Numbered from the stretch's first letter, positions 37,348-46,999 are shown. The stretch is 64,000 bases of DNA from Bacteroidales bacterium (GCA_041737175.1 JBGSSF010000034.1:143606-207605), one strand, 5' to 3'. Notes: generated from the sequence alone by a model not told the origin. Numbers and translations: made by a program.

Positions 37348-39101
37348 ACGACAGGTATTTACTCAATGATGTCTGGTTGAAGGCATCTATTTTGGGCGCC
37401 AACTGGGCAGCATCCGAAATCATACTGGGAAGTTTTCTGCACAATCTGAATATTCCTTTCAAAGGAAATATACTCACTGCAATCGGGCTTATCCTGATGA
37501 TCTCGGTGGCCTATAAATGGAAGGACAGGGGGCTGTTCTGGCGCAGCGGACTGATCTGCGCCCTGATGAAAACCATGTCGCCAAGCGCTGTTCTTTTGGG
37601 ACCCATGGTGGCCATTATTATGGAAGCTTTATTGCTTGATATTTCCGTCAGGCTGGTGGGAAGAAACCTGGCCGGCTTTTTTTTGGGTTCCGCCCTGGCT
37701 ATGTCATGGATTCTGACACAGAAAATCATCAACTATATCATCTACTATGGAAACAATATCGTTGAAATATATGCAAACGTTCTGAAATATGCCGAACAAC
37801 AATTAAATATACTATTCGATATTTTTTGGCTTCCGGTGATGATTTTACTAGCCGTATATATTCTTTTCGGCCTGCTTGCTGCAGTGGTTGGAGCAAAGAT
37901 GGCGAGGAGCATAGCCGGCAATCAGGATATCAGAGGACAGGTACCCCAGAAACGGCCTGTTGAGTTGCAGAACAGCGAGTATGCTGATTTTCCTTATTCA
38001 ATAAATTGGCTCATACTGAGCTTCGCAGGACTTGTTACGGCTTTCATTTTGATTAACAAAAGTCCGATGTACATATGGATACCTGTGTCGGTGCTTTTGG
38101 TCACTTTATGGGTCTCGCGTTATAAACGGGCAATGCGTCAGCTTTCACGTCCCAGGTTCTGGATTTTCTTTGTGGTGATTACTGTTTTATCTGCCGTGTT
38201 AATAACGTCACTTAATGGCGGTCAGCGTCATTGGACAGACGGACTGATCATTGGTCTGCAGATGAATTTCAGAGCAGCTGTTGTTATCTTTGGCTTTTCG
38301 GCATTGGGAACAGAATTGTACAATCCCGTAATCAGAAATTTTTTAGCGAAAACAGTATTCAAACAACTTCCGGCTGCCCTTGAACTGGCATTTGAATCGC
38401 TCCCGTTTGTGGTTGCCAACCTGCCGGATGCAAAGACCTTCATTAAGAAACCTGCGGATGTAATAGCACTTTTAATAAGTTATACGGAGGATCGTTTCAA
38501 CACACTGAAAAAACAGCAGCAGGCATCGGTTTTTATCATTACTGGTGATGTTTCTGAAGGGAAAACAGGTTTTTTGGTTGAGCTTCTCCATAGATTACGG
38601 AACAAAGACTTATTGATCGGAGGCTTTTATGCGCCCCGCATTATGCTGGATGGAAAAACGCTGGGTTATGACCTGGTCTTTGTTGAGACTGAAAATAAAT
38701 TGCGTTTTTTGAGTATAAAGCAAAATGGAGAGCCCGGTGGAATTGGAAAATATGAAATCGATACTGAGACCCTGGAACAGGGCAAAAGGATACTTTCCAC
38801 TGAAAACTGCAGGAAGAAAGATGTCGTAATCATCGATGAGATCGGCAGGCTCGAACTGCAGGGGTGTGGTTGGAGCAGTTGTCTTGAAAACCTGCTTGCC
38901 AAACCGGATTTATGCTTGATAATCACCGTAAGGAAGGACATTCTGAACCTTGTTCTTGAAAAATATGAAATCAGAAATCCCGCCATTTATAGTGTTTACG
39001 AAAACAACCTGCACAAGGCAGAAACATCGATTGTGGACAGGATATTATGTCACAAAGAGGAAAAGCAAACTGCGAACTTTAGGCTTGGTAATATAACATA
39101 A
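37344..39101 (+). CDS. Polytopic membrane protein fused to a C-terminal THEP1/DUF2478-like P-loop NTPase
   Basis: 585 aa, with an ATGA overlap with the TBDR stop. About 390 aa contain many hydrophobic helices. These are followed by Walker A GDVSEGKTG (38544-38570), a G-F/Y segment (IGGFYAPR) and Walker B VVIIDEIGRLE. Confidence 0.6.
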   Translation: MNDRYLLNDVWLKASILGANWAASEIILGSFLHNLNIPFKGNILTAIGLILMISVAYKWKDRGLFWRSGLICALMKTMSPSAVLLGPMVAIIMEALLLDISVRLVGRNLAGFFLGSALAMSWILTQKIINYIIYYGNNIVEIYANVLKYAEQQLNILFDIFWLPVMILLAVYILFGLLAAVVGAKMARSIAGNQDIRGQVPQKRPVELQNSEYADFPYSINWLILSFAGLVTAFILINKSPMYIWIPVSVLLVTLWVSRYKRAMRQLSRPRFWIFFVVITVLSAVLITSLNGGQRHWTDGLIIGLQMNFRAAVVIFGFSALGTELYNPVIRNFLAKTVFKQLPAALELAFESLPFVVANLPDAKTFIKKPADVIALLISYTEDRFNTLKKQQQASVFIITGDVSEGKTGFLVELLHRLRNKDLLIGGFYAPRIMLDGKTLGYDLVFVETENKLRFLSIKQNGEPGGIGKYEIDTETLEQGKRILSTENCRKKDVVIIDEIGRLELQGCGWSSCLENLLAKPDLCLIITVRKDILNLVLEKYEIRNPAIYSVYENNLHKAETSIVDRILCHKEEKQTANFRLGNIT

Positions 39102-39178
39102 AATCATTAATTTGCATTTGACATCTGAATTGTCAAATATCTCCTTAATGATCACACCAGGTTTAAGGTAAGAATTTT

Positions 39179-40519
39179 ATGGAAAGAAATAAGGGTGACC
39201 AGAATGCACATTTGAAGAAAAAAATCCGTGAGCTTGAAAAACAGGTCAGGGAACATGCCACTGAACATAAACAGACTGAAGAACAGCTATTGAAGAAAAA
39301 CAAGGACCTGGCCAGACTTTTCAATATGAGTCTTCATCTCCTTGAATCATTGGACAGGAAGGAAGTGCTGCTAAAAATTGTTGAAAATGCAGCAAATCTG
39401 GTTGGTACAGATACAAGTGCCATTTACTTTGTAAAGGGAAATGACCTGTTCCTCGAAGCCACATTCCCCCCGCTTCCTGCAGAATACCCGGAAGAATTCA
39501 GATATGCAAAATTGGATAACCATCCCTATATTAGGGCTGTCATTGAATCCCGGACGACAATCATCGTCAACGATGTATCGAAGGCCACGTTAACTGAGGA
39601 AGAAAGACTGATCACAAGAATAAGAAATCTGGGATCACTCGTCTATATCCCTTTGCTGGTCCAGAAGAAAGTGGAAGGGGTTATCATTCTGGGAACGATA
39701 GGACGAATACATGAATTTGAACAGGTAGAAATTGATCTGTTCAGCACCTTCTCAAACATCACTTCTCTGGCGCTGGAAAATTCTTATTTATTCGGGAATT
39801 TAAGAATTGCCATGGAGAAAGCTGAAGAGAGCAACCACCTCAAAACCGCTTTTCTGCATAATATATCTCATGAAATCAGAACACCTCTGAATGCTATCAT
39901 CGGCTTTTCAGGATTTCTCGTGCAGGAAGGAATCTCGCCCAAATTGAAAAGGAATTACATGGACATCATATCGCAAAGCAACAACCAGTTGCTTTCCATC
40001 ATCGATGATATTCTGAACATTTCCCAGATCGAAGCCGGCCAGGTCATTATCAACGAAACTACTGCAGATCTGAATGTTATTCTGAATAACCTGTACCGCC
40101 AATATCTTCCGCTGGCCGCGAAAAAAAAGCTTGGATTCAGTGTGAACAATAATTTTCCGGGTCACAAAGGCAATGTGAGGATTGATGAAAACAAAGTGAT
40201 CGGTATCTTTGCCAACCTCCTGAACAATGCCTTTAAATTTACGCACAAGGGATCAGTCGAGATGGGATGTACATTGCAGGATGATTGGATTGAATTTTTT
40301 GTCTCGGATACCGGGATTGGCATTCCCGAGAATGAACATGCCAGAATTTTTGACCGGTTTTACCAGATCGATAAATCCGATATGGGAACTTATGGGGGCA
40401 TGGGTCTGGGTCTTTCAATCAGTGCGGCCTATGTGGATATGCTTGGCGGGCAGTTCCTGCTTGATTCTGTCCCTGGGAAAGGGTCCAGGTTTGCTTTTAG
40501 GTTACCAGTCAATAAGTAA
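39179..40519 (+). CDS. Cytoplasmic sensor histidine kinase (coiled coil + GAF-like + HisKA + HATPase_c)
   Basis: 446 aa. The H-box is SHEIRTPLNAI, the N-box LLNNAFKFT, G1 DTGIGI and G2 GGMGLGLS. There are no TM segments and no adjacent response regulator. Confidence 0.85.
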   Translation: MERNKGDQNAHLKKKIRELEKQVREHATEHKQTEEQLLKKNKDLARLFNMSLHLLESLDRKEVLLKIVENAANLVGTDTSAIYFVKGNDLFLEATFPPLPAEYPEEFRYAKLDNHPYIRAVIESRTTIIVNDVSKATLTEEERLITRIRNLGSLVYIPLLVQKKVEGVIILGTIGRIHEFEQVEIDLFSTFSNITSLALENSYLFGNLRIAMEKAEESNHLKTAFLHNISHEIRTPLNAIIGFSGFLVQEGISPKLKRNYMDIISQSNNQLLSIIDDILNISQIEAGQVIINETTADLNVILNNLYRQYLPLAAKKKLGFSVNNNFPGHKGNVRIDENKVIGIFANLLNNAFKFTHKGSVEMGCTLQDDWIEFFVSDTGIGIPENEHARIFDRFYQIDKSDMGTYGGMGLGLSISAAYVDMLGGQFLLDSVPGKGSRFAFRLPVNK

Positions 40520-40551
40520 CAGGTAGCCACCATGGTGAAGAAACACCTGAA

Positions 40552-41217
40552 ATGAGTATTATGCCAAAAGAAATGAAACGGGTATTACTGTTGCTGGCAG
40601 AGGGTTTCGAAACCTATGAAGCCAGCGTTTTCATTGATGTTATGGGCTGGAACCTGGTGGAAGGTAATGGCGCAACACAATTATTCACCTGTGGATTGAA
40701 AAGGGAAATTAAAAGTTCATTTAACCAAAGATTTCTGGTTGATTATCTGATACAGGAAATAGAGGTTGATTCTTTTGATGCACTGGCCATTCCCGGTGGT
40801 TTTGAAGTATATGATTTTTATAGGGATGCCTATGATGAAAGAATTCTTGATTTGATCCGTGAATTCAAAAAGCAAGATAAGATCATAGCATCCATATGTG
40901 TGGCGGCTTTGGCTTTGGGAAAGAGCGGGATTCTGAAGGGTAAAAAGGGAACAACCTATAACAAAAAGCCTGTCAGGCAGGAAACCCTGAGATCTTTTGG
41001 TGTAAAGGTAATCCATGAGCCGATTGTGATTGACGATAACATAATTACTTCCTGGAATCCTTCAACTGCAATGGATGTGGCATTGATCCTGTTAGAGATG
41101 CTGACTACCAAACAAAATGCAAATTATATCAGGGAGATCATGGGATTTGAAAACAAATCGCATGGCAACCCTATGGCTAAAAACAATCAATTAGGCGGAG
41201 TTACAAACTCCGCCTAG
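40552..41217 (+). CDS. DJ-1/PfpI-family protein
   Basis: 221 aa. ALAIPGGF and the nucleophile-elbow Cys in IIASICVAALALGKSG are present. Confidence 0.75.
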   Translation: MSIMPKEMKRVLLLLAEGFETYEASVFIDVMGWNLVEGNGATQLFTCGLKREIKSSFNQRFLVDYLIQEIEVDSFDALAIPGGFEVYDFYRDAYDERILDLIREFKKQDKIIASICVAALALGKSGILKGKKGTTYNKKPVRQETLRSFGVKVIHEPIVIDDNIITSWNPSTAMDVALILLEMLTTKQNANYIREIMGFENKSHGNPMAKNNQLGGVTNSA

Positions 41218-41327
41218 CATATTATAATGAATATCTATGTATTACGCTAAGCATAGTTTGCAGCTACACTTTTCTTCTATCAGTTGATACAACCTCTCTT
41301 AGGTACGAATTATAGGAGAACAATATC

Positions 41328-42533
41328 CTACCTGATCTTCGAACCCTTCACAGCAAAGAAAGTAATGTAAGCGTAATAAATAAACAGGCAGCAGATAGCG
41401 ACAACCAGACCGATGCTTTTTTGAATGCCACCCATCATGATGGGCAATATGGCTGCTCCGATGACAGAGGTGGCAATAACACCTGATCCCACCTTGGAAT
41501 GCGGGCCGAGATCCTCAAGCGCCAGGTTGTATATGCAGGGCCACATGATTGAATGCATCAAGCCGGTTCCGAGGAAAAGCACCAGCGAAATTGTAGCCAT
41601 ATTCATGTTGCCCAGAACAAGTGATAAGAGCAGCATTACTGCACCTGCTATGGCACAGAAACTCAGGATCTGGCTCGCTGAGTATTTACGAAGGATAAAA
41701 ATCCCTAAAATACGGCCGATCATCAATCCCAACCAATAATAAGCCAACAGCTTGGTTCGCATTTCGCCGTCAAAAGTGAAGCCCAGTTTGGCCGAATAAT
41801 CAGCAAAGAAACTGGGAATTCCGATCTCAACGCCCATGTATACAAAGATTGCCAGTGAACCCAGCCACATATGGGGATACTTGTAGGCGCTTGACTTAAA
41901 CTTTTTCGCTACTCCTTCGGCAGATTCATCACCCTTAATCTCAGGCAGGTGAAGGAAAAACATGATGACCACAATGACCAGTGTCGCAATGCCGATACCG
42001 GCAAAAGGACCTTGCACGGTTTTCGGATCTGTGGCACCCGGTGTATTGGATGATACAATCAGCATGGAAACAAATATGGGAGCAATCACCGTTGCCAGTG
42101 AATTAAGCGCGTTGGTAAGTGTCAGCCGGCTGGCGGCAGTTTCCGGTTTACCCAGGGCGTTTACATAAGGATTGGCAGCCACCTGCAGCAGAACAACACC
42201 GATGGCAAATACCGATACAGCACTCAGGAATCCATAGTATCCTGCGGCAACACCGGGGATGCATAGGAAGAAACCGGCACTGACAAGGGCAAGACCAGCC
42301 AGCACACCATTTTTATAACCTATTCTGTTCAGCAAGTACCCAACCGGGATGGATAAAATGTAAGCGCCGTAGAAAAAAGTATTGGGCAATTGTTTTTCGA
42401 CTTCATTGAGATTGAATGCATCTTTCAGGTAATCGATCAACGAGTTGTTCATGGTAGTGATGAAGCCAAAAAGGAAAAACAGGGAGGCCATCACGATCAA
42501 CGGGAACAGGAATTTTGAGTTTTCTTTTTGCAT
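41328..42533 (-). CDS. MFS glucose/galactose (FucP/GluP-type) transporter
   Basis: 401 aa and polytopic. The N-terminal LFFLFGFITTMNNSLI pattern is typical of FucP/GluP transporters. It is the last gene of the galK-galM cluster. Confidence 0.8.
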   Translation of the reverse strand: MQKENSKFLFPLIVMASLFFLFGFITTMNNSLIDYLKDAFNLNEVEKQLPNTFFYGAYILSIPVGYLLNRIGYKNGVLAGLALVSAGFFLCIPGVAAGYYGFLSAVSVFAIGVVLLQVAANPYVNALGKPETAASRLTLTNALNSLATVIAPIFVSMLIVSSNTPGATDPKTVQGPFAGIGIATLVIVVIMFFLHLPEIKGDESAEGVAKKFKSSAYKYPHMWLGSLAIFVYMGVEIGIPSFFADYSAKLGFTFDGEMRTKLLAYYWLGLMIGRILGIFILRKYSASQILSFCAIAGAVMLLLSLVLGNMNMATISLVLFLGTGLMHSIMWPCIYNLALEDLGPHSKVGSGVIATSVIGAAILPIMMGGIQKSIGLVVAICCLFIYYAYITFFAVKGSKIR

Positions 42534-42552
42534 GGTAAATGATGTTTAAAGT

Positions 42553-43605
42553 TTATTTCGTTGAAAATTTATGCACACAACTATGCCTGTACTCCTCTCC
42601 GGGATTAAGTATGGTTGACGGAAAATGAGGCTGGTTAATGCCATCTGGGAAGTGCTGTGTCTCCAGACAAAATGCCCATCTCCTGCCGTATTTCTTGCCG
42701 CCCTTGCCTTTCTCGCCATCTATCCAGTTGGCCGTGTAAAGCTGAACACCAGGCTGGGTTGTATATACCTCCATCACCCTCCCTGATACCGGATCATGGG
42801 CGACAGCAGCAAGTCCCAGAGTGCCGGTGCGATGCCGCAAAACCCAGTTCTGATCGTACCCGGCTCCAAATTTCAGCTGTTCATCCTCCCTGTCAATATC
42901 CCTGCCTATTTTTTTTACCACTGTAAAATCCAGTGGAGTTCCTATCACGCTCCTGATTTCACCAGTAGGAACCGAGGTTTCATCGGTAGGTGTGAAAAAG
43001 GAACCATTGATCATCAATTCCTGATCGTAAATGCTGCCGGACCCTTCACCTGCCAGGTTAAAATAGGAATGACTGGCCAGAGCGATCACGGTAGATTTAT
43101 CCGTAGTCGCCAGGTAATCCAGCCTGAGTTCGTTATTGCCAGTAAGTGTATAGGTGACCGAAACCTTGAGATTTCCGGGATATCCTTCCTCCATATCCCG
43201 GGATACATACTCCAGTTGCACCTGGTCTGATGAAACCTTCATTACATCCCACACCACTTTACTGAAGCCGGTAATCCCACCGTGCAAATGATTGGGCCCG
43301 TTATTTGTAGCCAGGGTATACTGTTTGCCTGCAAGTGTGAACTTCCCTTTTGCTATGCGATTGGCGCATCTTCCACATACAGCACCCATATAAGGTCCAT
43401 TGCCTTGGGTGTATTCCTGGATGGTGTCATATCCCTGTACAATGTCGGCAAGATTTCCGTTACGGTCGGGAACATATATGCTGACTATGATAGCGCCGTA
43501 GTTCGTGATCTGGGCTATGAGACCGTTTTTGTTTTTTAATGTATAAAGTCCGGTTGGTTTGCCATTATGCATGCCTTTAAAGGATGCTTCCTGAATTATA
43601 TTCAT
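42553..43605 (-). CDS. galM: Aldose 1-epimerase (galactose mutarotase)
   Basis: 350 aa. Motifs are NNGPNHLHGG, SHSYFNL and FCLETQHFPD. Confidence 0.9.
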   Translation of the reverse strand: MNIIQEASFKGMHNGKPTGLYTLKNKNGLIAQITNYGAIIVSIYVPDRNGNLADIVQGYDTIQEYTQGNGPYMGAVCGRCANRIAKGKFTLAGKQYTLATNNGPNHLHGGITGFSKVVWDVMKVSSDQVQLEYVSRDMEEGYPGNLKVSVTYTLTGNNELRLDYLATTDKSTVIALASHSYFNLAGEGSGSIYDQELMINGSFFTPTDETSVPTGEIRSVIGTPLDFTVVKKIGRDIDREDEQLKFGAGYDQNWVLRHRTGTLGLAAVAHDPVSGRVMEVYTTQPGVQLYTANWIDGEKGKGGKKYGRRWAFCLETQHFPDGINQPHFPSTILNPGEEYRHSCVHKFSTK

Positions 43606-43672
43606 ATTGGATTTTCTATAAAGAACCTAAAAATGTTGTATACCCTTACAGGGATTGATTATTTATTTATCA

Positions 43673-43708
43673 CCCTTCAAGGGTCCAGGACCGCTTGAAG
43701 GGTTTTTT
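43673..43708 (+). terminator. GC-rich hairpin plus T6 tract, oriented for plus-strand termination
   Basis: cccttcaag (43673-43681) pairs with cttgaaggg (43694-43702). The loop contains an inner ggtcc/ggacc pair, and tttttt follows (43703-43708). It lies between two minus-strand genes. Confidence 0.45.
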
Positions 43709-43722
43709 CTCCTTACTCCCTA

Positions 43723-45006
43723 CTATATTTCCACTCTTCCCGCTCCGGCCTGCCTGATGAATAACTTGTGACAGGATCCCGGGCCATAAACATGTTCCAG
43801 TGTAGTGATATATTTATCAAGCAATTTATTGGGAACAAAGGCCTGGATGGTACCTGCAAATCCGCCACCGTGAACGCGCCATGCACCTTCCCCCTTCAGC
43901 ACCAGGTCACTCAGGGCCAGTGCCAGGGAAACACCCTGCTCTTTCACATTATTGACAGGATAGATATTCTGATTGTACATATAAGAGCTGTAACCTGAAT
44001 CGACAACCAGATCGAGGAATGATCTGAAATCATTTCTTTCGAGTGCAGCAACCTGGTCGACAACGCGCTGGTTATCTCCCTGAAAATGAATGGCTCTCAG
44101 GATTGCCCTGTCGCCCACCTTTTCACGGATTTTTGGCGCTATCTGCAGAACCTGATCCAGGCTGACCTGACGCAACACCTTGGCCCCCAGCTCAGCGGCA
44201 ACCGCTTTCATATCTGTGGGAAGTGAAGCATATTCATCATTCAGATCTGCATGATTTCCACCGGTATCGGTAATTACCAGGGCAAATCCCGTTGACACAA
44301 AATCGAAATTCACTTTTTTTACAACTGGATTGGCCGGATCCTTGAAATCGATGGTGATCAGGCCTCCCATGGCACAGGCTGTCTGGTCCATGAGCCCGCA
44401 AGGCTTGCCGAAATAATTGTTTTCGGCATATTGTCCGATAATGGCATTCTGAATCGGATCAACCTTTCCGTTGTTAAATAATTCACTGACAATTGCCCCG
44501 ATCAGCACCTCAAAGGAAGCAGATGAGCTGAGACCTGAACCTTTGGGAACGCCACCGTCAATACAGGCGTCAAAACCGCCAATGGCATAGCCAGTCTCCT
44601 TCAGATGCGAGCATATTCCGCGCACCAGGGCTGCTGAAGTAAACTGCTCGTTTTTATCCGGTTTAAGTGAGGACAGGTTCACTTCGAACCTGGGATATCC
44701 GGCTGATTCAATACGAATCACATCCGTATTGTTTTTGGCTGCAACTGATACATTATCAAGGTTCACCGCTCCGGCAAGCACACGGCCGTAATTATGGTCG
44801 GTATGGTTACCGCCTATTTCGGTTCTGCCAGGTGAGCTGAAAAACTTGACTTCCTTACTGCCAAAAGCAGTTTCGAACTGTTTCAGAAGATCCAAATACC
44901 TTTTGGATTGTCTCGCCAGTTCTGCGGTTTCGTCACCGTATAGTTTTCTGAAGGCACTGTTGTTGCCGTTATTGATTTTTTGGATGAAGGTTTCTGATAA
45001 TGACAT
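43723..45006 (-). CDS. galK: Galactokinase (GHMP kinase)
   Basis: An ATG at 45006 (MSLSETFIQK...) is preferred over the track start at 45051. Motifs are GRTEIGGNHTDHNYG and the GHMP motif PKGSGLSSSASFEV. Confidence 0.9.
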   Translation of the reverse strand: MSLSETFIQKINNGNNSAFRKLYGDETAELARQSKRYLDLLKQFETAFGSKEVKFFSSPGRTEIGGNHTDHNYGRVLAGAVNLDNVSVAAKNNTDVIRIESAGYPRFEVNLSSLKPDKNEQFTSAALVRGICSHLKETGYAIGGFDACIDGGVPKGSGLSSSASFEVLIGAIVSELFNNGKVDPIQNAIIGQYAENNYFGKPCGLMDQTACAMGGLITIDFKDPANPVVKKVNFDFVSTGFALVITDTGGNHADLNDEYASLPTDMKAVAAELGAKVLRQVSLDQVLQIAPKIREKVGDRAILRAIHFQGDNQRVVDQVAALERNDFRSFLDLVVDSGYSSYMYNQNIYPVNNVKEQGVSLALALSDLVLKGEGAWRVHGGGFAGTIQAFVPNKLLDKYITTLEHVYGPGSCHKLFIRQAGAGRVEI

Positions 45007-45098
45007 AGGAATGCTTTTTTTGGATATAATGTGATAGTGTAAATATAACATTAAGTTGGAAAAAGTATAAAGGGCAGACAGGAAATGTGAAAAACTCG

Positions 45099-45122
45099 CA
45101 GAGACGCAAAAACTTGCGTCTC
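45099..45122 (-). terminator. Terminator hairpin of the AGAGACG family, downstream of asnA
   Basis: agagacgcaa-aaac-ttgcgtctct, 10 nt after the asnA stop (45133) on the minus strand. Confidence 0.65.
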
Positions 45123-45132
45123 TATAGCTGGT

Positions 45133-46173
45133 TTATAATAAAAATATATTGTTTTTCCTGCATTCTTCCAGCAATTCCGGTGGCCACACACTCGCCTGCA
45201 CCTCACCGATATGCGCTTTTCGAAGGTAAAACATGCAAATCCTCGATTGTCCGATACCTCCTCCTATGGATAGCGGAAGTTCTCCACTGATTAGCCTTTT
45301 ATGGAACTGCATTTCAGCACGTTCAGGCACGCCGACGATCTCCAGTTGTTTCAGCAAGGCATCCCTGTCAACCCGGATGCCCATGGATGAAACTTCAAAG
45401 GCACTTTCAAGCACAGGGTTCCACAGGATAATATCGCCGTTAAGTCCCCGGTATTCGTTCACCGTGGGGGTGGTCCAGTCGTCGTAGTCAGGTGCGCGCC
45501 CGTCATGCAGTTCACCATTGGCCAACATACCACCGATACCGATTACAAATATGGCTCCGTATTTCCTGGCGGCTTCAAATTCCCTCTCGCGTGCCGTGAG
45601 ATGCGGATAATCCGCAAGCAATTCCTCTGCATGTAAAAAAGTTATTTCATGTGGCAATATGGGTTTGATGTTGGTATAGTTTTCATAAACAACATATTCA
45701 GTACGTTTCAGGGCTTCATAGATCTTGCGGACTATATATTTAAGAAACTCGAGGTTACGGTCCTTTTGCGCAATTACCCTCTCCCAGTCCCACTGATCCA
45801 CATAAAGCGAATGAATGTTGCTGAACTCCTCATCGGGTCTGATGGCATTCATATCGGTGTAAATGCCGTTTCCGTGCGGAATACAGTAATCAGCCAGCGC
45901 CATCCGTTTCCATTTGGCCAGTGAGTTTACCACCTCGGCAACAGATTCACCCATGTCCTTTACCGGAAAACTGACCTTGCGTTCAATCCCATTCAGGTCA
46001 TCATTAATTCCTGTTCCCCTAAGTACAAAGAGGGGAGCGGTCACCCTGCGCAGGTTGAGTTCGGCGGATAACTGCTGTTGAAAGGTGTCCTTGACAAGTT
46101 TAATGGCTTTTTCAGTCTGGTTCAGATCGAGCTGACTTTTGTAATTGGAAGGCACTATTAAGGGCTTGCTCAT
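45133..46173 (-). CDS. asnA: Aspartate--ammonia ligase
   Basis: 346 aa. HSLYVDQWDWERV, APDYDDW, LNGDIILWNPVLESAFEVSSMGIRVD and IGGGIGQSR are near-identical to E. coli AsnA motifs. Confidence 0.95.
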   Translation of the reverse strand: MSKPLIVPSNYKSQLDLNQTEKAIKLVKDTFQQQLSAELNLRRVTAPLFVLRGTGINDDLNGIERKVSFPVKDMGESVAEVVNSLAKWKRMALADYCIPHGNGIYTDMNAIRPDEEFSNIHSLYVDQWDWERVIAQKDRNLEFLKYIVRKIYEALKRTEYVVYENYTNIKPILPHEITFLHAEELLADYPHLTAREREFEAARKYGAIFVIGIGGMLANGELHDGRAPDYDDWTTPTVNEYRGLNGDIILWNPVLESAFEVSSMGIRVDRDALLKQLEIVGVPERAEMQFHKRLISGELPLSIGGGIGQSRICMFYLRKAHIGEVQASVWPPELLEECRKNNIFLL

Positions 46174-46397
46174 AAATCTAAAGTTTAGTTAATTTCCCTG
46201 GGATTCAATTGTCAATGCTTAATTGTAATAAAAACATACAAAAAGTATTAAATTGCAATCATGGATGCAAAAGTAATTTTAATTTAAATTTACGCACCCG
46301 ATTAAGTGATACTATGACACAAAAATTTCAAACTTGCTTACAAAGATATGTTTATCAAATATCCCGTGTTAATAAATGCAATTAAATCCCGCATAAA

Positions 46398-46877
46398 TTG
46401 AAAAACAGCTTTCAAATTGATAGTCTGGACAGGAAAATTCTATCGATCCTGACGAAAAATGCCCGCGCGTCTTTTCTCGAAGTGGCCAGGGCCTGCAATA
46501 TTTCGGGAGCAGCTGTTCATCAGCGTGTTCAGCGACTGATCCGCCTGGGAATAATCAGTGGTTCGCAATTCAATGTAGATCCAAAAAAACTGGGCTATAA
46601 AACATGCGCTTTCGTAGGCATCTTTCTTGACAATGCTGCATTATTCCATAACGTCTCTGAAAAGCTTATAAAAATTCAGGAAATCACGCAATGCCATTAT
46701 ACCACCGGGGAATATGCCATGTTCGTGGAGGTTTACACCCGAGACAACGAGCACCTGCGTGCCGTTCTGGCGGATAAGATCCAATCCATCAAGGGGGTGT
46801 CGAGAACCGAAACTTTCATTTCGCTCGACGTATTGATTGACAGGCAGTTGCCGGTATTGGAGGAAAGTGATTTGTAG
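46398..46877 (+). CDS. asnC: Lrp/AsnC-family transcriptional regulator
   Basis: 159 aa with an apparent TTG start. LDRKILSILTKNARASFLEVARACNISGAAVHQRVQRL is the AsnC-type HTH. It is divergent from asnA, as in E. coli. Confidence 0.85.
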   Translation: MKNSFQIDSLDRKILSILTKNARASFLEVARACNISGAAVHQRVQRLIRLGIISGSQFNVDPKKLGYKTCAFVGIFLDNAALFHNVSEKLIKIQEITQCHYTTGEYAMFVEVYTRDNEHLRAVLADKIQSIKGVSRTETFISLDVLIDRQLPVLEESDL

Positions 46878-46954
46878 GGACAGGCTATAGCCTGTCCATT
46901 TCACAGACAGGCTAAAGCCTGTCCATTTCACAGGCAGGCGTGTTGTGCCTGTCC
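46878..46954. repeat. Three tandem ~28-nt units, each carrying a hairpin (ggacaggc-nnnn-gcctgtcc)
   Basis: Hairpin 1 is at 46878-46897 (loop tata) and hairpin 2 at 46906-46923 (loop taaa). A degenerate third copy lies at about 46933-46954. The units are joined by catttcaca and begin immediately after the asnC stop. Confidence 0.8.
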
Positions 46955-46999
46955 AATAATGAACCAATGCATAAATATATACCTGTTTGATTTAAAGAT

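Noticed and set aside
46878-46954. Tandem ~28-nt repeats could be mistaken for a mini CRISPR array.
   Set aside because: The units are directly adjacent with no unique spacers. There are only three copies, each is a simple hairpin, and no cas genes are in the window.
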